The position numbers were made by a program, and so were the translations under genes. Source: Cycas panzhihuaensis (lineage: Eukaryota; Plantae; Cycadophyta). From it: DNA of 64,000 nt. Shown here one piece after another: positions 1-12,800 of the stretch; position 1 is the stretch's first letter; each line of letters begins with the position of its first letter. The notes below the pieces were generated by a model. It made no database searches. It was not told where the DNA came from and saw only the letters and a program-made list of their open reading frames with translations. The stretch lies in NCBI GenBank assembly GCA_023213395.1, contig CM041465.1, positions 201,693,741 to 201,757,740 on the forward strand, in the 5' to 3' direction.

Positions 1-700
1 TCTTCCTCTATGAGATTATCCGCTTCCCTCATAACTTTGACCTTAAAATATAGGCATAATTTTTGCCTTAATGGCAAAGGCATATTCTAAAAATTTATCT
101 CCCTCAATTTTCTCTTTAACAATAAGTAACATTGTATTTAATTAATCAATTTTGACTGTAGTAAGGTCTATAGAGACCTCAATACTTGCGGAAACTATTT
201 CAAACCTTTTAATATCACTAACATATCTCAAGATCTTTTCTACCACCCTTTGCTCACTTATGACATTTTCAAAGTCTCTCATTTAATTGATTAGGCCTTA
301 TATCTTTGTTATGAAGTCATCTATTCCTTCATTATTATTCATCCTAGAGTTCTCAAACCTACTCCTTAATATTTAGAGTTTCGATGTAGCATCTCCTTTA
401 TAAGTGGTCTTCAATGCATCCCATGTCTTATTTGATGTAGATGCTTCTCTAACCCTTAAAAAAATGTGATCCTCCAATGCAAAGATGATAAATGCCAAAG
501 CTTCATTATCTCACTTTTCATTCTGCTTATAGGTCTTTTTTTGGTCTTTAATAATATTAGTTTCAAGTTCTCCATAACTTATTGTAATCAAGTTCCACAT
601 ATCCTTTAATAAAAAAATGGGTTTCATTCTTTAACTCTAATTCAAAAAGGTAGTACTATCAAACTTTGGTACCATGGCATTATTTATACTTGAGACCGTA
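1..700 (-). mobile_element. Decayed Ty1/copia gag N-terminal region (DUF4219/UBN2-like); element runs off the left edge
   Basis: The minus-strand translation, interrupted by stops, reads 'MVPKFDSTTFLN*S*RMKPIFLLKDMWNLI...ASTSNKTWDALKTTYKG...ILRSRFENSRM'. It is colinear with the gag ORF at 37319-37798. Confidence 0.85.
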
Positions 701-2899
701 ATGAAGAAAATTACCTTAAAAGTAAACTACTTGAAGACGTAAAGTTCTTAAATGAAAGATTAAAATGAACTTAAATAAGGTAATAAATGCACTAAAAACA
801 TAAGAAAAACTTGCCCCCCTTTAATTTCAAAACATACACAAGTATCCTAATTGGGACTTAACCTCCTCCAAAGTAAAAATTTTATATTAATGATGATTAC
901 AAGATGAAATTTTACTAGATTTGTTTAAGGGTAATCTTACAAGAAGCCTATAAACCAACACCAAATTTAACAATGAAAATATTATACCAAATAATTTCAA
1001 AAGGTCTTGAAAGATCATTCACTCAATAGAGGATCAAAATATGAATCCAATATCTTAAATGACACTTAATTCTAACTTTTTATGTCTAAGTTATATATTA
1101 AAAAGTCTAAGGAGGTTAAAAGGGATAAAGAACCCTTTAGTATATGAACTATAAAAAAAAAAGCAAAAATCAACAACTTTCAATCACTAAAAAAACTACC
1201 AAATAAAGACCTTATATAGCTATATGACCACACATTTCATTCAGGTAGAAATGTAGAATACTTTGGTGTTGACAGATTTAAAAGTGACCTTTGTTCGTGA
1301 TAGGTATTCTTGTTGGAGCATAAATAGGTACTTGTTTTGAATCAACCTTCTTGAGAAATAGATTAGCCTCTTTTACAAACTATCCTTCTAGTCATTTGAC
1401 TCTACTATATGACCTACAAACTACAAGAGTGGAGGGTTATAGGTTGATAAGAATTAGTTAAATGTATATATGCCAATATCAATCGCATAAATGACTATTT
1501 CAAACAAAGGCAAATCGTATAAAATAGTCAGTCAATGCTTCAAGTAAACATATCAATATTTTAAATAACCATATTAATATCCTCATAATGTAGATTTCCT
1601 GAAGACATATTAAACAAATGTGTTAAAAAAAAAAATCACTATTACAAATTCAAGTAGTCGAAACCACTAACTATTTATCATACAAGTGAAGTTATGAAGT
1701 ACTTAATATGAACTAGGAGACCTTCCAAATATTACAATACTTGGTATATAAATGTTAAGTAACCAACCATTAAAAAAGGTCATTTAACATGTTTCTTTTT
1801 ATTTACTAGTTATCTTATAATGATTCTTTCTCTATAATTAGAAGACTTTTATGATTGCATGTAGGTTTATTTGCTCATCTACATGTAGGTGTCCAAAGTG
1901 GGTTTTAAGAGATGTCTTAAATTACTCATGAATATGAGTTATTTCCTTCTCTTTTCTACCTATATGTCACTGTCTAACAGGTTTCAATCTGTCTATTTGT
2001 AGATGAGCCACTTGACCTGTCTACATGTATCCTTTTTAGTCTATGTGTTGGTGACAAATACAATGTGTAAAATGCTCAACATAATGAGTCAATTTCGCGC
2101 ATCAAATACAACTATGGATAACTTATATGTTAGTGATTAACATATGCATGTGAGTAAATAAGAACCCATTACATGTCACATAATATTACAGAAAAAAAAT
2201 TAAATGTAATAAAGTCATACTCAAAGGTGTGAATAAGTATCTATAATTTGTAATGATTATACTAATTAATTAATGAACATGCATCTATAACTTCTTAATG
2301 GCTATTTCCCCTTGAAGATAATACTAGTCTTGTTTACTTAGTAGTATTTAGATGTTTGTATTTAAAAATATGCATTATAGGGGATTACCTCTATATGGAC
2401 ACCTGCAAACCTATTCTAGAAATATCTTACAACATGTGTGAATCTATCTAAAAATTTGAATTCATCAACCTAATAAACAACATTACAATATATTATAATA
2501 CACAACTCATCAACAATTATAGTTGATAAAACTCCTATAATCAATTTTGATATCATGCAGAACTATAAAATTTAATATTATTTGTAATGAAAAATAAACT
2601 ATAATAGGATTAACATATCAATTAATATAAAAATAACTTTCAAATAATTGAAATAAATCTCAAGACAAAGTCATCTCTCATTAAATTTTATAATGCACTA
2701 TATATACATAAATACAAAATTTAAATTAGACCTAAATCCCATCTAAGTGATACATGTGATGTAAGAGTTATAATCCCAATGACTCATCACTCACATAATA
2801 TTAAAATAAACCTAAATCTAATATAACACAAAACTTTAAAGGAAGACTCATAACCGAAAGTTATGAGCTATAAATAAATATTAATATCAATAATTTTAG

Positions 2900-4680
2900 T
2901 TTCCCCCCTCTAAATTATGGCTTCTACCATACCATTGAGGTCTAAACTTCTCATGATCTTATTATCCTTATGCCTAATACAAATTCATACTTCTGAAAAA
3001 ATAATATTAAGAAAATTACTAAGGAGTTAATGGATATAGGAATTATACAGTTGAGTAAAATACCTTATGCTACCCTAATTATATTTGTTTGTGAGAAGGA
3101 TCACTTATTTTGACCCTATATGGATTATCAATAACTTAATAAAATTATAATAAAAAATAAGTTTTCCATTCTAAGAATTGATAATATATTTGATAAAATT
3201 TATGGTGCCATTATATTCTCTAAGCTAGACCTTTAATCCGGTTATTGTCAAATCCCCATTGCCTTCAAAGATCACCACAAAGTAGTTTTCAAACTCATCA
3301 TGGCTATTTCAAGTTTTAAGTCATGCCATTTGGCCTTTGTAATGTCCCAATCACTTTTCAAACCCTAATGAACAAAATTTTTACCTCCCATCTACGAAAA
3401 TTTGTCATTACTTTTCTCAATGATATGCTTATTTATAATTCTTATTTGAACCACCACCTTCACCATTTAAAAACTATCCTTTAAATTCTCCATTAATATC
3501 AATTTTATGCTAAGATTTCAAAATATAAATTTGGTAAATCAGAATTATAATACTTAGGACATATCATTTCTTCAAAAGATGTTTAGGTTGACTTTGATAA
3601 AATTTTATTCATCACTACTTGGCCAACCTTGACGAACCTTACCTAACTGCATGCTTTCCATGGTCTCATCAAATTTTACTATCACTTTGTTTATAACTAT
3701 ACTTCCCTTGTTGCCCCATTAGCTAACCTCCTATAAAAAGACTCATGTGGTCCTTAATTATGAAAGCTACCATTAATTACCTAAAAGTAATTATGACCTC
3801 AAACCCCCCTTGCTACTTTAATTTTTTCTCAATCTTTTTAACTCAAATTTAATGCCTTAAGATTTAGCTTAAGCATAACCCTCATGCAAAAGTTTCATCC
3901 TATTACCTTTGAAAGTCATAAACTTAAAGAACAGAAATGTCAATTGTCAACTTATTAAAAAGAAATAAAAGCAATTTTGCATGTAGTAAATAAGCGATGG
4001 AAATACCTCCTTAACTCTAAATTCATCATTCTAACCAATCATCATAGTCTCTATCACCTTTTAGATTAACTAATATTAATTAAAGAATATCTTATAACAA
4101 GGAGAAATGTAATATTATTGTTGATATCCTCCCCTACCTACCTTCTAATCCCACCACTTTAGATCCCACTATTCATGCTATCTCTAAGCTCCAATCCACC
4201 TGGTTAGAAAAGTTGGTCATAGAAAACTAGTCACAACTAGATTGTCTATAATGGACTATGAAAATCCACATCTAATAAGGTTGACCCATCAATAATAATC
4301 ATCTCTTATTTAAAAATCATATTTATGTCTAACCTACCTCTGTTTCCATTCCTTGTAACTTATTCAAATACCATTATATAAATGAACTCTTACCAACCAC
4401 AAAGATTCACAATGTCTTCCATGTCTCTTATATTAAAAAGCACCTTGATAAAGATATTATCCCTTAGACCACTCTTCCAATCCTTAATGATAAGTAACAC
4501 CTCATTGTTCCACCTAATTATATCATAGCAAATCAACAATGCCACATTCAAAATTAAACCATATTTGAGTATTTGGTATAGTGAGTCAATTATGATCTAG
4601 AGGAAGCAACATGGGAAACCACCAAGTTTGTTAAATAACATTCCTATCTTCTAAGCTTTAGGGACTCAAAATCTCAAGGG
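2900..4680 (+). mobile_element. Decayed Ty3/gypsy chromovirus pol (RT, RNase H, integrase remnant, chromodomain)
   Basis: RT motifs 'YMDYQ*LNKIIIKNKF', 'FSKLDL*SGY', 'VMPFGLCN', 'FLNDMLIY'. RNase H motif 'HPITFESHKL'. C-terminal 'KIHNVFHVSY' and chromodomain 'EYLV**VNYDLEEATWE'. Many stops. Confidence 0.9.
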
Positions 4681-4689
4681 AGAGAACCC

Positions 4690-5085
4690 ATTACATAACT
4701 GCCTATCGTTAGTAAAACTAGATTACTAACTCATGTGATCAAGGCGCATGGTGGTTAATACTCCCTATTAACTTATGTACATAAGTTGTCTATGTCCACT
4801 AATAGAAGTGAGGGTCATTTATTATGTTAATAGCATTTTATGAAAGATGGACACTCTTGCCTATTTAAGGTCTAATAATTATAAAGGAGGATTATGTCAT
4901 AAGTTCATTGTAATAACATAGTATTAGTATGTCTCTTTGGTGTCTATTTAGTGTACTTTTGAGTGCTCTTTTGTGATCTTGGTGTCTCTATTAATAAAGA
5001 GAGATCATTTTTGCTTTCTATCTTATTCCCTTTAAGTTATTGTTTGAGTCTTTATGATGGAAAGTGAGGAGAAGCTTATTTCATC
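4690..5085 (+). repeat. Probable 3' LTR of the gypsy element
   Basis: Follows the purine tract 'aaggggagagaa' at about 4676-4687. Contains TATA-like 'ctatttaagg' (4861) and 'aataaa' (~4993), and ends '...tttcatca'. No partner LTR was found, so the ends are approximate. Confidence 0.55.
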
Positions 5086-5118
5086 ATACATATGCCCCAT
5101 GATCAAATTTGTAGCCTC

Positions 5119-5550
5119 TAATAGTAAATAGATTAACTATTTTCACTACCAAGATCTAAATCATTAAAATTAGACTACCATACTCACATTAGCATGATTA
5201 AAACATGGAAACTTAGAGGGGGGAAAATTATGTTCAAACCCTAAAATAACATTTTATTAGCATAAATAAAGTTTACATAGTATAAACCCTCTCAATACTC
5301 CTTTGTACAATTACCAAGAGAGGCCCTCAATATATAGAAAGTATAGTGGCCTTGCATAGTAGACAAGTGACACACATCCATACATTGGTAAATGTAGGCT
5401 TTTAGCCCCTCAACTAGAATTCACAACTTCAAAATATAACTTAAGGTACATTTGCACTTTATAATATTATGTTACTAAAGTGACTCGCATTTATATTACA
5501 ATTAGAAAGTAGATTTAAATGAATTAATAAAGAAATTAATAATTATATCA
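5119..5550 (-). repeat. E1 3' LTR
   Basis: Direct repeat of 16459-16888, adjacent to the PPT (plus strand 'ccctccttta'). Confidence 0.93.
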
Positions 5551-8500
5551 CCCTCCTTTAATGATGAGTTCATTAATTCAAACATTGAGATGATGTTAAA
5601 ATTGGTCAAGTTTATCTATATCAAGCACTTTGGTGAAGATGTATATAACTTGTTCATCGATTAGCATGTAAATAAGGTCTATCTCATCATCTTGAATATG
5701 TTCTTTGATGAAGTGATGGTACACCTTGATATGGTTCATTATTACATGGAAAATAAGATTTTTTATCATCTTTAGGATGGTATGGTTATCACAAAAAAGT
5801 GTAGTGTTTTGTGTCTATTCAAGGTCAAGTTCAATAAGAATCTTTCTTAGCTAAATAACTATTGCAGCTACATTGACCACAACTTTATACTATATTTTCA
5901 TGGATGATAAGGTAATATTTAGTTACTTCTTATAACTCTAAGAAATAACTACTAAACCCAGGTTGAAACAATACCCTAAGGTTGAACTTCTGCTATCTCA
6001 ACATCTAGCCCAATCTACATCTATGAAGCTTACTAAAGAAGGATTATCCACTTGGTAGTAGGCAGTGCCAAATTATAGCATCTCATAAAGGTACCTCAAA
6101 ATTCACTTGGCTATATTCTAATGTGAAACCTTAGGTTGCGTCATAAACTTAGAGTAAATCCCAACTGTATAAGATATGTTTAGTTGAGTATGAGTCAAGT
6201 AGATCAAATTCCCCATAAGTTATCTATACAAGGTGGGATCAATAAGTTTGCCATGCTCATTAGTGTTTAACTTGAGTCTTATCTCTGTAGGAGTTAGTGA
6301 AGGCTTATAATCATCTATCATAAATTCTTATAATATCTCCCTTGTATATTTCAATTATAAAAGGAAGATGTGGCCTGGTTACTACCAACCTTCATGCTAA
6401 GAAAATAAGATAACAACTTGAGGTCAGTCATCTCAAAGTTATTATTGAGTTCCCCTTAGAGATATATAATCCATCCTGTGTCATTATATATTATCAACAA
6501 ATCATTAACATAAAGGATAACCAAAATAATTAAGTTATCTCAAATCTTGATATATAAGTTAGGATCCAAGGATGAGCGAATGAGTCCATGTTTTAGAAAA
6601 TATTGATTAATCTTTGCATACCATACTTAAGATAATTGCTTGAGGCTATATAGAACCTTCTTTAATTTGTAAACTAAGTGTTCTTTGACATGAACAACAT
6701 AGTCAAGAGGTTGTTTTAAATATACTTCTTCTTGTAAATCATTATTAAAAAAAGCACTTTTAGCATTCAACTGGTAAATAGGCTATTGATGTTGAGCTAC
6801 ATGTACTAAAATAAGTTATACAAAAGTCATGTTAGTAATTGGGGTAAATGTTTCATCATAGTCAATGCCCTTGATCTATTTGAAACCTTTGGTTACCAAG
6901 CAAGCTTTGTGGCGCTTAATAGAGTTATATGCATGAAATTTAGTCTTATAGATCCAATAACAATTAATTGGCTTATTTTATTTTGGCAGCTTAATTAGCT
7001 CCCAAGTATTATTTTGAAGAATAGAGTCCATTTCCTCATTTATTATAACTTACCACTTTTGGTTTGTGACTACCTCCTCAAAACTAGAAAGTTTTGGAGC
7101 ATATAACACATGTGCCCTTAGAATAAAATTGGTAAATTATTTATATTTTAATTGCCTCTTTGATGCTTGAGTAGCTGATGGAGCAAAAGCTATTATCTGA
7201 AAATACTATTTTGGTAGTTATTTGGAGGTGACCTCTAATTAAAATATTCTAAAGGAATTGATGGAGAAGTATAGGGATTTGGTGTAGATGAAGAACTAGG
7301 TGAATATGATGTGGATGGAGCTAATGGGACCACAATTACTATAAGAACATTTTCAATGGTTGGAGAAGGACTAGTAATTACTACAGAATCATCAGTAAGA
7401 AATAAAATTTATTGTGGAACGAATTCCTGATTCTCTTCAGAAAAAATGACATCCTAAGATGTATATGTTTATTGTATAATAGGATCATATGGTTTGTAAG
7501 TTTTATATCTAGACATATATCCAATGATGATGTACTTCTTGCTTTTATCATCTGATTTCTTCCTTTATTCTTTTGGAATGTGCATATATGTCATGCATCC
7601 AAAGGTTCATAAATGTGAGACTATAAGGTCGTGACCTAACCAAGCCTCCTCAAGTATGATATATATGACTACCTTAGTTGGACTCCTATTGGTAATATAT
7701 ATAGTCATGTTGATTACTTCAACCTATAAATGAAGTCCAAGGTTTTTTGTGGCAATCATGGTCTTGCCTTTATTAACAAAGGCCCAATTGATTCCCTCAA
7801 CAACTCTATTTTACTAAGAAGTATAGGGGGTAAAGAATTATCATTTAATACTATTATCCTTACAAAATTGGGTGAATTCTTTTGAGGTATATTCACCACC
7901 ATTGTCACAACAAAGGATTTTAAGTGGCATGTCTGATTCTAGTTTAACTCCAATTTTGAATTCTTTAATTTCTTTAAAAGCTTTTGATTTTTACTTTAGG
8001 AAGTAGACTTAGACCTTGTGAAAAAAATCATTAATGAAGGTTATGAGAAAATAATAACCATTAATTAATTCTTGTGACATGGACCCATAAATATCTAAAT
8101 GAATAAGGCTTAATGGTTCCTGAGTATGTCAATCTTTTCCATTGGATTTGAAGGGTGCTCTATGATGATTTTCCATAATGCAAGATTCACAAAAATATTT
8201 AGTTTATTTATTTTTTAGCAACCTATGTACTATGTTCAGTTTAAATAATAGTTGAAGATTATTCATATTTAAATGACCAAGGCATTGATGTCATAATTGA
8301 TCTTTGGAGAGTGACTAAGAAATAGGTGCAAGTTGCTCATTAGAGGTTAAAGTAGAGTTACTATAAGTGTGAGAATCCTTGTATAGAAATGTAGGTGTTG
8401 ATGTGGTGTCTAGCTTATAAAGTTTATGATCCTCATATTTAGTTACAATCATATTGCCATTGACATCAATGATGATGCATTTATTAAAGTGGCTAAAGAG

Positions 8501-9822
8501 CACATCAAACTTATACTTATTTATCTAACAAATAGATAACAAATTTATTATCATCCCAGGTACATAGAAGGCATTATTTAAATAACGTTTGATATTAGAA
8601 TTTGTCAATGAAATAGGAGCATTGCCAATCTTGGTAATCTCAAGTACTACATCATCATTAAATGTCACTATTTAATTCTTTACTAGCATGGTATTTATAA
8701 GCAAGTCTTTAAAACTCATCATATGTCTAAAGGCTTTGAAATCTATCAACCAGGATTTATCATTAGTGTAAGCCATAGAGGCAGCATAGAACAAATGTTA
8801 GAAATCAACCATGTGGTCTTCTTGATTTTGATTCCTTCTCTAATTACATTTTTTATTTAGTACATAGGCTTGATTAGTATTTTGGACATTTTAGTTTACT
8901 CTTTTATTTCCTTGGAAGTTGTTGTAGCCATGATTAGGATTATCTTAATTTATGAGGTGATTCTATTGTTGTTATTATTGTTGTTGGTTAGCCTTCTTTC
9001 TCTTACATTCTAGTGTTGTGTGGTTGAGTTTACCATAATAGTGACAAATTATTTAATCTGTATATTGCTAGCATAGCTATTGTTAAGTCAAATTCGTCAA
9101 ACTAAACTATTAGTTCAGATTTGATCTATGTTATCTTCCTTTGTAACATGTAGCTAAAGTAGGGGTCAATGAGGAAGAATTGAGATCTTCAAGTCTATTT
9201 ACGACACACTCCTCTTGTAGTAAAAGTCCCTCAAAGGTATTAAAGTCTAATGTGGCAAGGTAATTAGAGTTGAATAGGTTAAAAATAAGGGAGTTAAAAC
9301 CAATAGGTAATACAATGATAATGAATGACACCATATCACTATTTACAAGTGGTTGACCAAGAGTAGTTATTAATTGGTTCATAAATGCTTTAATTTGGGT
9401 TAAATAGTCTTCGATAGATTTGGCATGAGGAATGAAATATAATTGGGCCTTAAGCATGAAAATTTGTATATTATCTTTTCTCTTATACAAGGAGTAGATT
9501 ATGTTCTATGCTTTAGTATAGGTGGTGGTTATTTCAATATTTTAGTCAACATTTTCTTCACAAGAGTGGTGTAAGAAGGAAAGTGCAACTTCATCATTTT
9601 CATTAAATATGGTAAGAGTAATAGGATCAATTGGTATCATGATAATAGGATTATTAAGATCTTGAGTGGGCATTAGTTTGGGTATAGAACCAGAAACATA
9701 AGTCCACAATGTATTTATTACAAGTATATTCTTGACTTATTTCTTCCAAGCCAAGAAGTTGTTGCTACTTGACAATTTGATGGTATTAACTATAACTATT
9801 TATAGAGCCATGATGACTAAAT

Positions 9823-12800
9823 TATTAAATAATATGACAATAATATTTTGGAGGCTAAAATTTTGACAGGTTGGCAACACAATTTCCTCCCCAAACTTCC
9901 TCAGGGAGATCCAAGGAGGGCAAGAACCCCCCTTGGTTAGGGGGTACGGGGGAAGCCAGAACTTGGCCACCCCCTCCCCCTACAAAGAAGGGGTTCGAGG
10001 GCGGTAGGCCCCAACCCAAAAAGCTAACTTTGAAAAGCATAGTAAATTGTAAAGAGAATTGGGATCATTCATTCAAAATACTCTAGATTCAATGGTCGAG
10101 ATTTGTGCCTTATATGACTCTCTCATATAGCCCAATTTAGGGTTTTTTTTATTATATTGATGGCGTTCAATGTATTGGATGTACTGTGAGGAGTTGGACA
10201 GTTGGTAATAAATATTGATACCTTTCCTATGTGGATATTTTCTTAGCATACTGCTAGGGTTTTACCATATTATATTAAGTGTGTATGTGATGCTTTAGCT
10301 TTTTTATTTATTTATTGTATTATCTCTAGTTTAAGAACTTGCATATTAAATTTTAATTTTGATTCCTGTAACTAGTTATAAAATAGTTTAGATCTTGGTG
10401 GTAGTTTCTAGTTATTAGGACCTAGTTTTCTCAATAAGTGGTATTAGAGCCACTTTTTTTTTGTAGCGAGTGTCAGCTTTTTCTATACCAAATGGAGTAA
10501 CTAGTAAATGCAAAGTTCAAGGTGGAAAAATTCAATGGCAATAATAACTTCAAGTTATGGAAGCTGAAAGTGTATGATGTTCTAGTATAACAAGGTTTAT
10601 ACAAAGCTCTTGTAGGCAAATCGAAAAAACCCGCAGGAATGGACAATGACGAATGGGATGATCTAGATAAAAGGGCTTTTAGTATAATATGATTGTGCTT
10701 GGTGGATGAAGTTCTATTTAACATCGTAGAGTAGTAGACATTAACACAATTATGGAAGTGGTTGGAAGGCTTATACATGACTAAATCAGTGATGAATTAA
10801 ATCTACTTGAAGAGCCAGCTATACTCATTACAGATGAAGGAAAGTATAAAAATTGTTGATCAATTAAATATTTTTAATACTCTTATTTGTTAGTTAGCTA
10901 GTATCGATGCCATGATTGAGGATAAGGATAAGGTTATTACCTTATTATATTCATTACCAGAATCATGGGATAATATTATCACCTTAATTAGTTTTAGCAC
11001 TACAAATGAATTAGACTATGATTTTTTTGTGAGTGTTTTACTGATGGAAGAAGTGAGGAGGAAGTCTAGTGTTGAAACCTCCACACTAGATGCTATAATA
11101 GTAAGGGGTAGAAAAATTGAGAGAGGATAAAGCTCTAGGGACACATTGAGATCAAAGTCAAAAGGCAAGAAGAGTAAGCTCAGATGTTGGCACTATAATA
11201 AGATAGGTCACTTCAAGAAGGATTGTTATAAAAGGAAGGAGTTCAAGAAAAAGGAAGATCCTGCCAAGGAGGCTAATCAAGTGGAGTCAGATTAAGATAC
11301 AGATGATGATGTCTTAGTTGCTTGTAATATTCTCTATTATCATCATAATTAGTTATTAGATTCAGGTGCTCCATACCACATGTGTCCACATAAGAGTTGG
11401 TTTTCATTGTATCAACCTCTTAACAGTGGTAACATGCTTATAGGAAATGAAGTTTCCTATAAGATAGTGGGCATTAGTAGCATCAAAATTAAAATGTTTG
11501 ATGGTGTAATGAGAACATTAATTGAAGTTAAATATGTACTTAATCTAAAAAGGAATCTAATTTCCTTGAGTGAACTAGATTCTAGTGGTTATAAGTACAC
11601 AGGTCATGAAAGAGTTTTAAAGGTATTAACAGCACCTTGGTTGTTATAAAAGTCTTAAAGAAAGGAAACTTTTACATTTTAGTGGAAAGTATAGATGTCA
11701 GCCATGCAGCTACAGTATCAAAGATTGGAGAAGATCTAGCTCAGTTATAGCATCAGAGACTTGGGCACATGAGTGAGAGAGGACTTAAGATGTTGATGAA
11801 ACGTAAGTTACTTCCTAACTTGCAGCTTTTAGATTTGGCTTTTTGTAAACATTATATTTTTGAAAAGTAGTATAGACTTAGGTTTAAAGCAGGGAGTCAC
11901 ACTAGTAAAGGTGTTTTGGATTACATACATTTAAATATGTGGGGACCAACCCTTATAATATCTTATGGAGGATCATTGTACTTTGTCACATTTATAGATG
12001 ATTACTCCATAAAGGTATGGGTCTATTTTTTGAAAAGAAAATCTAAAGTTTTCAGTGCGTTTTAGTAATTCAAGGCTCTAGTTGAGAAGAGTACTAGTAG
12101 GTCAACCAAATATTTAATAACTGACAATAGAAGTGAGTTCAACTCCTTGGAATTTGAGAACTATTACAGAGAAACTGGGATTGAAAAGAATAAGACCACT
12201 AGTTATACTTCGTAGTATAATGGCATAGCTGAGCACATGAATAGGACACTCTTGGAAAGACCAAAAAGCATGTTGAGTAATATAGGAGTGAAGTAGGGCT
12301 TATGGGCAGAAGCTATTCAAACAGCTTATTATTTGGTAAACAGGTCACCATCACTTGCAATAGACTATAAGATTCCTGAAGAGGTATGGATTGGACATCC
12401 ATGTGACTATTCAAATTTAAAAGTTTTTTGGTCATGATGCTTATGCCTTGACTAATAAAAGTCAATGTTTAAAGTTAAACCCAAAATCTGAGAGATGTAT
12501 CTTTATTTGTTATGGTGATAGAGATGGTGTGAAGAGATACAAGTTGTGGGATCCCACTGCCCATAAAATTACTATCAACAGAGATGTTGTGTTTGATGGA
12601 TCTCTCTTTTTAAAATTAGACAGTGTAGAAGTTGAAGTGAAATAGGAGTGAAAAGTTGAACATCAACAATTCAAGCTTGAGACCCATTCATCTTTAGAAA
12701 CAGAAGAGCATTGAAGATGAATCTATAGCAGATTTATAGGAGTATGTGGATACTCCTCCACCAACTATTAGAAGATCTACATTAGTCTGTCATCCACTTG

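Noticed and set aside
2161-2174. 14-mer 'agaacccattacat' also at ~4683, as a possible 5' LTR of the gypsy element
   Set aside because: Similarity does not extend beyond the 14-mer.
700-2900. Search for the leader module, PBS and LTR of the left-edge copia
   Set aside because: Only trivial matches were found and the boundaries cannot be supported.
9855-10086. Pro/Gly-rich ORFs on both strands
   Set aside because: They lie in the GC-rich part of an LTR, so the composition explains them.
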